Below are positions 18,155-26,596 of a stretch of DNA of 64,000 nt, one piece after another; position 1 is the first letter of the stretch; the number at the start of each line of letters is the position of its first letter. Position numbers and translations under genes: made by a program. A model generated the notes under the pieces. The model saw nothing but the letters and a program-made list of their open reading frames with translations. It had not been told where the DNA came from and made no database searches. This DNA is from Oscillospiraceae bacterium (GTDB lineage: Bacteria; Bacillota; Clostridia; Oscillospirales; Oscillospiraceae): positions 14,934 to 78,933 of the forward strand of contig JAFZRS010000008.1 of NCBI GenBank assembly GCA_017619715.1. The letters are read 5' to 3'.

Positions 18155-18775
18155 CTATATTGTAGCACAGTTTTTTCCGTTTGTCTTCCCATAATGGCCT
18201 GCCGCGTGATCCATCAGCCAAAGAAACACCGGCGCGGCGTCCACGGCGTCCGGGCGGCGCAGCTTTCCGCTTTGCCGCTCGGGATGCCACTGCACGCCTA
18301 AAACGGGCAGCGTACGGTGCGTGAAGCCCTCCACCGTGCCGTCCATCGCCTGTTGACAGATCACCAGACCTTGTCCCGGGCGGTCCACCGCCTGATGGTG
18401 ATTGCTGTTCACCACCGGTGATGCGCCCAACAGTGATGCCAGTATTCCTTCCGCCGCCGTGGGGTGAACCATATCGCCGCGGGCGATCCGGTGTCCGGCA
18501 ATATCGTCGTACAGCGTGCCGCCGAACCACACGTTCAGCGCCTGCATGCCGCGGCAGATACCGAGGATCGGTCGTCGGGTGTCAACAAACGCGCCGATGA
18601 CGCGGGATTCCTCCGTTCCCAACGCGCCGTGGATATCCCCGCCGCCGGGCAAAAGAAGACCGTCACAATCCTCCGGCACGGTCAAGCCCTCCGTCCACGA
18701 TGCGCCAAACGCCGACAGCGCGGCGCGATAATTTACATAGCTGCCGTCGCCATAAATATGAATCAACGGTTTCAA
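18155..18775 (-). CDS. Peptidase C26 / gamma-glutamyl-gamma-aminobutyrate hydrolase-like class I glutamine amidotransferase
   Basis: LLLPGGGD, LGICRGMQ (nucleophile Cys), VNSNHHQAV and GVQWHPE; TTG start with GGAAGGAG RBS. Confidence 0.85.
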   Translation of the reverse strand: MKPLIHIYGDGSYVNYRAALSAFGASWTEGLTVPEDCDGLLLPGGGDIHGALGTEESRVIGAFVDTRRPILGICRGMQALNVWFGGTLYDDIAGHRIARGDMVHPTAAEGILASLLGASPVVNSNHHQAVDRPGQGLVICQQAMDGTVEGFTHRTLPVLGVQWHPERQSGKLRRPDAVDAAPVFLWLMDHAAGHYGKTNGKNCATI

Positions 18776-18814
18776 AAGAACTCTCCTTCCGCCGATGTAC
18801 GCGGCGCAAATCAG

Positions 18815-20404
18815 TCAGTTCCCGCTGCGGCGCACCGTGTCGAAACGATAGACACCCATTCCGTCATAGGTCGGCGCGGTCCAGCCGCTCCGCAGCGCCA
18901 TGCCGCCACGGGTGAAATACAGTGGGATCGCGTTGCCCTGCTCCATGAGCAGTACCTCCGCGTCCGCCAGATACGCATCCCGCGCCACACTGCTCGATGA
19001 GGCAGCCGCCGCGCGCAACAGTATATCATACGCGCTCGAGTGGAACAGCGCCACATTGTCGATGCTGCCCGAGCGCCACATATCCAAAAACGCGGTGGGA
19101 TCATTGATCTCGCCCGTCCAACTGTAAAGCGCCACGCTAAACTCGCCTTGCGACAGCGCCGTCTCCATCTCCTGCGCGGATACGCCCCGCAGCTCCACCG
19201 TGATGCCTAACTGCTCTTTCCACATATCGCGGATACTCTCGGCAATATCGCTGTTGATCCCGGACACGGCATAGAGAATAGACAAGCCGCCGAAGGCGGA
19301 CGGATCCATCCCTATCTCTCCCAGCAACTCCCGCGCCGCAATGCAGGATGCCTCATAGTCGCTGTTGTCGATACACGCGCCCTCGATCAGGCGAAATGCG
19401 CTGCCGTCGGATACGGTAATGCCGTAGGGTATCAAGCCCTCCGCCGGGACGTGCAGTCCGCCGCCCGGTAACCCGGCAAGCGCCGTGCGGTCAATGGCAA
19501 GGGACAGCGCCTGACGAAGACTTCTGCTTTCAAGCTGCTGTGCCATCTGGTTCACCAACAGCAGCGTGGTCCGGGGATAGGGTTCGAAAGTCCAACTCTC
19601 CGAAAAGAACGCATCGTCCGTCATGCGGCAGGCAAAATCCGCCTCGCCGCTATCCCACAGCGCGGCTGCCTGCTCCGTGGTGTCGCACAGCAGCAATCGC
19701 AGCGTATCGACCTCCAGGCGACGCGCGTCGTAATAGCGGTCAGAGGCGGTCAGCGTCAGCTCGCCGCTCTCTCGCTCGCCCGGACGATAAGCGCCGTTGC
19801 CCACCGTGCCGTCTGCTACGCTGTTTTCCAGATCCGCCCGGCGGGGCACGGTGGCAGGCGAAGTGCACACGGTACGCAGAAAATAACTGCACCGGCAGGA
19901 TAACTCCACACGCAGTGTCGTACCGCCCTCCGCCGTTACACCCAACGCCGACAGATCACCCTGCCGCGCCTGCTCATAGCCGGACACCATGGATAACAGC
20001 TCTGCGTAAGGCGATGCGGTGGCGGGATCCACCAGATGCTGCCAGGCATATACAAAATCCGCCGCCCGGACACTCCGTCCGTCCGACCAGCGGGCATCGG
20101 AACGCAGGGTGAACACGTACGTCTGTGTGCCGTCCGGATGGTCCTCGATGCGGTAGCTGCGCGCAATCGCCGGAACTGTCTCCGTGCCATTGTCCGCGGT
20201 GCGGAGCTTCATCAGATTCTCATAGAGATTCACCACGGCGATCTGCTCCGCCGGATCAGTCGCCAGCGCCGGATCCAGCGTGGTGATTTGACCTACCACC
20301 GCCGCCGTAAAGGTCACGCCCGTTTTTTTGCCGCAGCCCGACACAAGCGCGGTCAGCATAACCAATGCCAGTGCCAGCGTCACGGCTCTTTTTACCGTTT
20401 TCAT
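18815..20404 (-). CDS. Peptide ABC substrate-binding lipoprotein (OppA family 5), with no adjacent permease
   Basis: Lipobox VSGC; TLDPA, LYENL, WSDGRSVRAADFVYAW and RQALSLAIDR. Confidence 0.88.
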   Translation of the reverse strand: MKTVKRAVTLALALVMLTALVSGCGKKTGVTFTAAVVGQITTLDPALATDPAEQIAVVNLYENLMKLRTADNGTETVPAIARSYRIEDHPDGTQTYVFTLRSDARWSDGRSVRAADFVYAWQHLVDPATASPYAELLSMVSGYEQARQGDLSALGVTAEGGTTLRVELSCRCSYFLRTVCTSPATVPRRADLENSVADGTVGNGAYRPGERESGELTLTASDRYYDARRLEVDTLRLLLCDTTEQAAALWDSGEADFACRMTDDAFFSESWTFEPYPRTTLLLVNQMAQQLESRSLRQALSLAIDRTALAGLPGGGLHVPAEGLIPYGITVSDGSAFRLIEGACIDNSDYEASCIAARELLGEIGMDPSAFGGLSILYAVSGINSDIAESIRDMWKEQLGITVELRGVSAQEMETALSQGEFSVALYSWTGEINDPTAFLDMWRSGSIDNVALFHSSAYDILLRAAAASSSSVARDAYLADAEVLLMEQGNAIPLYFTRGGMALRSGWTAPTYDGMGVYRFDTVRRSGN

Positions 20405-20445
20405 AGAGCGTTCCTCCCCCATCCTATTATGAATCCATATGGCTT

Positions 20446-20474
20446 ATTATACGGTGACACAGGCGGATTGTAAA
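20446..20474 (-). promoter_or_regulatory. SigA-type promoter of oppA-like gene
   Basis: TTTACA-17 nt-TATAAT on the minus strand. Confidence 0.6.
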
Positions 20475-20501
20475 GTCCCCGACATTTACTGTGCGGCGGA
20501 C

Positions 20502-20535
20502 AAAACCCCCCCGCCTGACGGAAGGCGAGGGGATT
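20502..20535 (-). terminator. Intrinsic terminator after asd
   Basis: GC-rich imperfect stem followed by TTTTG on the minus strand. Confidence 0.6.
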
Positions 20536-20554
20536 GTAGGGCTATACGAAATAA

Positions 20555-21559
20555 TCAGTTCCTGATGACCAGCTCGGCAATCTGCACGGCGTTGGTGGCG
20601 GCGCCCTTGCGTACCTGGTCGCCGCAGCACCAGATGTTCAGGCCGTTGTCGCTGGCGAGGTCGTCACGGATACGACCGACGAACACCAGATCCTGATCGC
20701 TGGTATCCAGCGGCATGGGGTACTTTTTATTCGCCAGGTCGTCTACCAGACGGCAGCCGGGGGCGGCGGCGATCAGCTCACGAGCGCGCTCTATGCTGAT
20801 CTTCTCCTTCGTGCGTACCACGAGGGACACGCTGTGACTGCGCACCACCGGCACGCGCACACAGGTACAGCTCACGCGAAGATCCGGCAGGTGCATGATC
20901 TTGCGACCCTCGTTCTGCATCTTCATCTCCTCACTGGTATAGCCTTCAAACGCCTCGCCGCCGATCTGGGGAATGACGTTATAGGCGATCTGATACTGAA
21001 ATACCTTCGGCTCCACGCTCTTGCCCTCGCGCAGCAGCTCCACTTCCTCCATCAGCTCCTTCGGACCGCCGGCGCCGGCGCCGGATGTTGCCTGATAGCT
21101 GGAAGCCACGATCGTTTCAATGGGACTGTCCTGATTGAGCGCGTTGATCGCCACCAGCGACACGATGGTGGTGCAGTTGGGGTTGGAGATGATACCCTTG
21201 TGCTTCTTCACGTCCTCCGGGTTGATTTCGGGGATTACCAGCGGCACGTCGGGATCCATGCGGAAGGCGCTGGAATTGTCCACAAACACCGCTCCGGCAT
21301 CTACGATCGCCGGGGCAAACCGCTTGGCAATGTTGTTCTCCGCCGCGCCCAGCACGATATCCATGCCGGCAAAGGCACTGTCGCACGCCAGCTCCACCGT
21401 CAGTGTCTGATCCTTCCAGGCAAGCTGCTGTCCCACCGAACGCTCCGAGGCAAGCAGATGCAGCTCCGAAATCGGAAAATCCCGCTCCGCCAAAATCTTC
21501 ATCATTTCGCGCCCCACCGCACCGGTGGCACCCAAAATCGCTACTTTATACCCTTTCAT
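20555..21559 (-). CDS. asd: Aspartate-semialdehyde dehydrogenase
   Basis: GATGAVG, DNSSAFRM, NPNCTT, CVRVPV and DQVRKGAATNAVQI. Confidence 0.97.
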   Translation of the reverse strand: MKGYKVAILGATGAVGREMMKILAERDFPISELHLLASERSVGQQLAWKDQTLTVELACDSAFAGMDIVLGAAENNIAKRFAPAIVDAGAVFVDNSSAFRMDPDVPLVIPEINPEDVKKHKGIISNPNCTTIVSLVAINALNQDSPIETIVASSYQATSGAGAGGPKELMEEVELLREGKSVEPKVFQYQIAYNVIPQIGGEAFEGYTSEEMKMQNEGRKIMHLPDLRVSCTCVRVPVVRSHSVSLVVRTKEKISIERARELIAAAPGCRLVDDLANKKYPMPLDTSDQDLVFVGRIRDDLASDNGLNIWCCGDQVRKGAATNAVQIAELVIRN

Positions 21560-22890
21560 ATTGTCTGCTCCTTTCCTTTGATAAAGCTGTTATACAGCAC
21601 ACGGATCGCGTTTTCAAAATCCTTGTTGTCCACGCCCACAATGATATTCAGCTCCTCCGGGCCTTGGGTGATCATGCGGATATTGATGTGGTTTTCGCCC
21701 AGTGTGGCAAAGATCTTGCCGGAGCTGCCGGGCTTATACGCCATCTTCCGACCTACCGCCGCCACGATCGCCATATCCTCGGTAACGTGTATGGCATCCG
21801 GGCAGATCGTCTTTTGCAACTCACCCAGCACCTGATAGAGGCACGGCGCCGCCTTTTCACTCGCCACCACCAGCGAAACCGAATCGATGCCGGAGGGGAT
21901 ATACTCTACATTGACGCCGTACTTCTCCAGAATCTCCAGAATCTGCCGGAGTGTGCCGCGCCGACCGGACATGCCCGTTTTCGTGATGGTGATGACGGAA
22001 AAATTCTTTTTGCCGGCGATGCCGGTAATAAACCGGTCGTCCGTCATCTCCGCCTCGTCAAAGCGCTCCCGGATCATGGTGCCGGGGTGATCGGGCTGAT
22101 TGGTATTGCGGATATTGAGCGGAATGTTCTTCTCCCGCACGGGGAAAATTGTCCCCTCATGGAGTACCTGCGCGCCGATATAGCTCAACTCCCGCAGCTC
22201 CGAATACGTGATGCGCTCGATGGGCTCGGGATCCTTCACAATCCGGGGATCCGCCATCAAAAAGCCCGATACGTCCGTCCAGTTTTCATATACGTCCGCG
22301 TCCAGCGCCGCCGCCGCCAACGCGCCGGTGATATCGCTGCCGCCGCGGCTGAACGTCTTGATGGAGCCGTCCGGCATGGTGCCGTAGAAGCCGGGGATCA
22401 CCACCTGCTGTCCCTCCGCCAGACGCCGCAGCTCCTCGTAGCTGCTCTCCTGATCCACCGTGCCGTCCAGTTTGAAGTGAAGCCAACGCGCGCTGTCTAC
22501 AAACGTGTAGCCCAGATAATCCGCCATCAGCCGGGCGGCAAAATACTCGCCCCGGGAGACCAGCTCGTCCTGGGAAATGCCTGCGTCCATCTTCTCGCGC
22601 AGCGCCGCAAACTCGCTCTCCAGGTCGGTTTTCAGACCCAACTCGTCCCGGATCGACGTGTACCGCTCCACAATCATCTGCCACACGCCGTCGCAACTGA
22701 CGCCGTAGCGCAGATGCGCGTGGCACAGGTACAGCAGATCTGTGATCTTGTGGTCGCCGCTGTACCGTTTGCCTGCCGCCGACACCACCACGACCCGGCG
22801 CGACTCCTCCGCCGTCACAATAGACTTCACCTTGGCAAGCTGCGAAGCGTCCGCCATGGAGGAACCGCCGAATTTCAATACCTTCAACAA
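21556..22890 (-). CDS. lysC: Aspartate kinase
   Basis: KFGGSS, VVVSAAGKR, SRGE, FSRGGSD and WTDVSG plus ACT domains; TTG start near 22890; stop overlaps the asd ATG. Confidence 0.93.
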   Translation of the reverse strand: MLKVLKFGGSSMADASQLAKVKSIVTAEESRRVVVVSAAGKRYSGDHKITDLLYLCHAHLRYGVSCDGVWQMIVERYTSIRDELGLKTDLESEFAALREKMDAGISQDELVSRGEYFAARLMADYLGYTFVDSARWLHFKLDGTVDQESSYEELRRLAEGQQVVIPGFYGTMPDGSIKTFSRGGSDITGALAAAALDADVYENWTDVSGFLMADPRIVKDPEPIERITYSELRELSYIGAQVLHEGTIFPVREKNIPLNIRNTNQPDHPGTMIRERFDEAEMTDDRFITGIAGKKNFSVITITKTGMSGRRGTLRQILEILEKYGVNVEYIPSGIDSVSLVVASEKAAPCLYQVLGELQKTICPDAIHVTEDMAIVAAVGRKMAYKPGSSGKIFATLGENHINIRMITQGPEELNIIVGVDNKDFENAIRVLYNSFIKGKEQTI

Positions 22891-22972
22891 GTCTTCTCGC
22901 CTCTCTCTGTGTGCTGTTACCCCTGCTTGCAAAAGACACTTTCCGGCTCTTTTGTGCGTGAGATAAAAACAC

Positions 22973-23020
22973 TTGCTTTTTTGTTGAGGACAGTATATCA
23001 TGTGACTATGCAAAATGCAA
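22973..23020. promoter_or_regulatory. Overlapping divergent SigA-type promoter motifs (lysC side and thrC side)
   Basis: Minus strand TTGCAT-17-TGa-TATACT (23020 to 22992); plus strand TTGCTT-17-TATCAT (22973-23001). Confidence 0.5.
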
Positions 23021-23087
23021 GAAAAAAGCAAATTTTTTTTAGAAGTTTTGCTAATTGTTTTTCTTTCGCTGTCATACGGAAATTTGC

Positions 23088-23116
23088 TTGCATTATGTCC
23101 GCAGGCGGCGTACAAT
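23088..23116 (+). promoter_or_regulatory. SigA-type promoter of thrC-thrH
   Basis: TTGCAT-17 nt-TACAAT, 30 nt before the ATG. Confidence 0.6.
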
Positions 23117-23145
23117 ATCGGTGATTATCCCACAGGAGGCATCTT

Positions 23146-24648
23146 ATGCGCGATGAAATGAAGAAGGAAATCTATCACAGCACCAGAAACCGTCAGCTCA
23201 CTGCCACGGCGAGCCGCGCCGTGCTGGAGGGACTGGCAGGCGACGGCGGGCTGTATATCTCCGACGCGCCTGCCGGCGCGGCGTTTGACTGGCGCGAGCT
23301 GCTCGGCCGCAATACGCTGGATATGGCGGAGGCGATCTTGTCGGCGCTGCTGCCGGATCTGCCGGACATGGGTACGCTGGTGCATCAGGGCTATGCCGGA
23401 AAGTTTGAGAACGATGAGCTGACGCCGCTGGTCGCCGTGGGAGACAGATACGTATTGGAGCTGTTTCGCGGACCTACCAGTGCCTTTAAGGACGTAGCGC
23501 TGAGTCTCCTGCCCCGGTTTATCACGGCGGCGCGGCAGGTGCAGGGCGTGGAGGACGAGATCGTGATCCTCACCGCCACCTCCGGCGATACCGGAAAGGC
23601 GGCGCTGGAGGGTTTCCGGGACGTGCCGGGTACGCGCATCATCGTCTTTTATCCCGAGGGCGGCGTATCGCCCGTGCAGCAGATGCAGATGACCACCCAG
23701 GAGGGCGGCAACGTGTGCGTATGCGCGGTGCGCGGCAACTTTGACGACGCGCAGACCGGCGTGAAGCAGGTGTTCTCCGCCTGCCGGGAGCGGACGCTGC
23801 CCGGTGTGCATCTCTCCTCCGCCAACTCCATCAACATCGGGCGTCTGGCACCGCAGGTGGTATACTATTTCAAAGCCTACGCCGAACTGGTAAAATCCGG
23901 GCGCATTGCCGTAGGCGAACCGGTGCATTTTGTGGTGCCTACGGGAAACTTCGGCGATATTCTCGCCGGGTACTACGCCAAGGCGCTGGGGTTGCCCGTG
24001 GGCAAGCTGGTGTGCGCCTCCAACCGCAACGACGTGCTGACGGAGTTTCTGACCACCGGCGTCTACGATCGCCGCAGACCTTTCTACAAGACCACCTCGC
24101 CCTCCATGGATATTCTGGTATCCAGCAATCTGGAGCGAATGCTGTACCTCGCCTCCGGCGGCGACGACGCATATGTAGCCGATCTCATGGGTCAGCTCAA
24201 GGAAGAGGGGCGCTATCAGGTGTCGGAGCCGGTACTGCAAAAACTGCAGGAGAGTTTTGATCGCGGCTGCTGTGACGACGCAACTGCCGCCGACGCCATC
24301 GGACGGGTATGGCGGCAACATCATTATGTGTGCGATCCACACACCGCTGTGGCGTGGCACGTGGCGGACGAGTTTATGGCGCGGCAACAGGATGGCGCGC
24401 CGGTGGTGGTACTCTCCACCGCCTCGCCCTACAAGTTCCCGGTCGCCGTACTGGAGGCGATGGGCGAGGCGACAGACGGCGACGGTTTCACTTTAATGGA
24501 GCGGCTTCATGCGCTCACGGGCGTGCCTGTGCCGAAAAATCTGGACAGTCTGCGAAATAAAAAGGTGCGTCACACCGACGTGATCGACAAAGACGATATG
24601 CTGCGCTACGTATTGGATAAAATTGCGCAGCCGTCTTGGAAAGAATGA
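23146..24648 (+). CDS. thrC: Threonine synthase
   Basis: LELFRGPTSAFKD (PLP lysine), ATSGDTGKAA, SANSINIGRL, VPTGNFGDILAG and SPSMDILVSSNLER. Confidence 0.96.
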   Translation: MRDEMKKEIYHSTRNRQLTATASRAVLEGLAGDGGLYISDAPAGAAFDWRELLGRNTLDMAEAILSALLPDLPDMGTLVHQGYAGKFENDELTPLVAVGDRYVLELFRGPTSAFKDVALSLLPRFITAARQVQGVEDEIVILTATSGDTGKAALEGFRDVPGTRIIVFYPEGGVSPVQQMQMTTQEGGNVCVCAVRGNFDDAQTGVKQVFSACRERTLPGVHLSSANSINIGRLAPQVVYYFKAYAELVKSGRIAVGEPVHFVVPTGNFGDILAGYYAKALGLPVGKLVCASNRNDVLTEFLTTGVYDRRRPFYKTTSPSMDILVSSNLERMLYLASGGDDAYVADLMGQLKEEGRYQVSEPVLQKLQESFDRGCCDDATAADAIGRVWRQHHYVCDPHTAVAWHVADEFMARQQDGAPVVVLSTASPYKFPVAVLEAMGEATDGDGFTLMERLHALTGVPVPKNLDSLRNKKVRHTDVIDKDDMLRYVLDKIAQPSWKE

Positions 24649-24659
24649 GGGAAAAGCGT

Positions 24660-25259
24660 ATGAATATCGTATGTTTGGATATGGAAGGCGTACTGGTGCC
24701 GGAGATCTGGATCGCCTTTGCCGATGAGAGCGGTATCCCCGAACTGCGCCGCACCACCCGGGATGAGCCGGATTACGACAAGCTGATGCGCTGGCGGATC
24801 GGCGTGCTGGCGGAACACGGACTGGGATTGCGGGAGATTCAGGAAACCATTGCCAAGATCGACCCCCTGCCCGGCGCGAAAGAGTTTCTCGACGCGCTGC
24901 GCCGTGAGACCCAGGTGGTGATCCTCAGCGATACCTTCGATCAGTTTGCCATGCCGCTGATGGCGAAGCTGAACTACCCCACGCTGCTGTGCAACACGCT
25001 GGAGGTGGGGGAAAACGGACAGATCACCGGCTTTAAGATGCGCTGTCAGCACTCCAAGCTCACCACCGTCCGGGCGCTGCAATCCATCGGTTACGAGACA
25101 ATCGCCAGCGGCGACAGCTACAACGATCTGGACATGATCCGTGCCGGCAAGGCGGGTTTCCTGTTCCGCACCACGGAGAAAATCAAGGCGGACTTTCCCC
25201 AGATCCCCGCCTATGAAACTTTTGACGAGCTGCTTGCCGCGATCCGCGCCGCTTTATAA
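24660..25259 (+). CDS. thrH: Phosphoserine phosphatase / homoserine phosphotransferase ThrH (HAD family)
   Basis: CLDMEGVLVPEIW, TTRDEPDYD.LM and GDSYND..M; start at MNIVCLD. Confidence 0.9.
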   Translation: MNIVCLDMEGVLVPEIWIAFADESGIPELRRTTRDEPDYDKLMRWRIGVLAEHGLGLREIQETIAKIDPLPGAKEFLDALRRETQVVILSDTFDQFAMPLMAKLNYPTLLCNTLEVGENGQITGFKMRCQHSKLTTVRALQSIGYETIASGDSYNDLDMIRAGKAGFLFRTTEKIKADFPQIPAYETFDELLAAIRAAL

Positions 25260-25274
25260 AACGATACACGCAAC

Positions 25275-25305
25275 AGCTCCACCCGGTGACGGGTGGAGCT
25301 TTTTT
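25275..25305. terminator. Intrinsic terminator
   Basis: AGCTCCACCCG-GTGA-CGGGTGGAGCT-TTTTT. Confidence 0.88.
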
Positions 25306-25317
25306 ATCATATATCTG

Positions 25318-26481
25318 CTATTTTATTTCCAGCGGCGTGACCGCGCCGTCCTCGTCCACCGCGGCGGGAATGATCTGGCTGCGGGTGTTGCGGGCGATGG
25401 TGTCCAGCTTCATGCGGCTGGGAAAATCGCTCAAAAGCGTGTACGCCACGCCGTGCTTTTTCGCCCGACCCGTGCGCCCGATGCGGTGAACGTAATACTC
25501 GTTCTCCTCCGGCACCTCGAAATTGAACACCGCGTCCACGTCGTCCACGTCGATGCCCCGCGCCGCCACGTCCGTGGCGACAAACACGTGGAGCTGACCG
25601 GCGCGAAAACGCTGCATGATTTCCTCCCGCTTGCGCTGGGGAATGTCGCCGTGAATACATTGGGCGTCCAGTCCACGGAGCTGAAGAAATTTGTTCAGCC
25701 GCTCGGTACTGCCCTTGGTGTTGCAAAAGCAGATGACCCGGTCGTACTGCTCGCGGGCAATAATATGTGCGATGGCATCCACCTTTTGCTCCGATGGCAG
25801 GTCGATACGGTACTGCAAAATGTCGGGCTTATTCTCCTTTGTCGCCTGTACGGTGATCTCCTCCGGGTCGCGCTGATAGATCCACGAGATATCCATGACC
25901 TCCCGGGAAATGGTGGCGGAGAACATACCCAGATTTTCCCGGGACGGGATCTTGTCGAGAATGCGGGTCACGTCGTCGATAAAGCCCATGTCCAGCATGC
26001 GATCCGCCTCGTCCAGCACCACCGTGCGCACACCGCGCAGATCCACGGTGCGGCGCTTCATGTGGTCGCTGAGCCGTCCCGGCGTCGCCACTACAATCTG
26101 CGGTCTACGCTTGAGGGCGTCGATCTGCCTGCCGATGGGCTGACCGCCGTAGAGACACACCAGACGCACTCCCTGATGGTATACGGCGATATCCCGCATC
26201 TCGTCAGTGATCTGGATCGCCAGTTCACGTGTAGGGGCTAAAATCACCGCCTGCACCGTCTCACTCCCGGCGTCGATCCGCTCGATGATGGGGATGCCAA
26301 ACGCCATGGTCTTGCCCGTCCCGGTGGGCGCCGTGGCGATCACATCCCGCCCCGCCAGCATGGGCGGTATACACCCCGCCTGCACGGGGGTGCTGATCTC
26401 GTAGTGCTTATTGGCAACGGCGCGCATGGTCGGCTCCGACAACCCGAAGCTCGCAAACGGCGCGCCCTGTGTGACTTCCAT
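25318..26481 (-). CDS. DEAD-box RNA helicase
   Basis: Q motif, APTGTGKT, PTRELA, TPGR, DEAD, SAT and HRIGRTGRA. Confidence 0.95.
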   Translation of the reverse strand: MEVTQGAPFASFGLSEPTMRAVANKHYEISTPVQAGCIPPMLAGRDVIATAPTGTGKTMAFGIPIIERIDAGSETVQAVILAPTRELAIQITDEMRDIAVYHQGVRLVCLYGGQPIGRQIDALKRRPQIVVATPGRLSDHMKRRTVDLRGVRTVVLDEADRMLDMGFIDDVTRILDKIPSRENLGMFSATISREVMDISWIYQRDPEEITVQATKENKPDILQYRIDLPSEQKVDAIAHIIAREQYDRVICFCNTKGSTERLNKFLQLRGLDAQCIHGDIPQRKREEIMQRFRAGQLHVFVATDVAARGIDVDDVDAVFNFEVPEENEYYVHRIGRTGRAKKHGVAYTLLSDFPSRMKLDTIARNTRSQIIPAAVDEDGAVTPLEIK

Positions 26482-26520
26482 AGTGTGTTTCCTCTTATTT
26501 CATCATGATAATACGGAGTA

Positions 26521-26549
26521 ATTATACCATATCTGTCAACTGACAGCAA
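26521..26549 (-). promoter_or_regulatory. SigA-type promoter of the helicase gene
   Basis: TTGCTG-17 nt-TATAAT with extended -10 TG; -35 lies inside the glgP terminator stem. Confidence 0.55.
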
Positions 26550-26581
26550 AAAAGCGAGGCGACTGCCCCGCTTTTTTGCTG
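26544..26581 (-). terminator. Intrinsic terminator after glgP
   Basis: CAGCAAAAAAGCG...CGCTTTTTTGCTG, 13-bp inverted repeat. Confidence 0.75.
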
Positions 26582-26596
26582 TAAGGGGAAACTACT

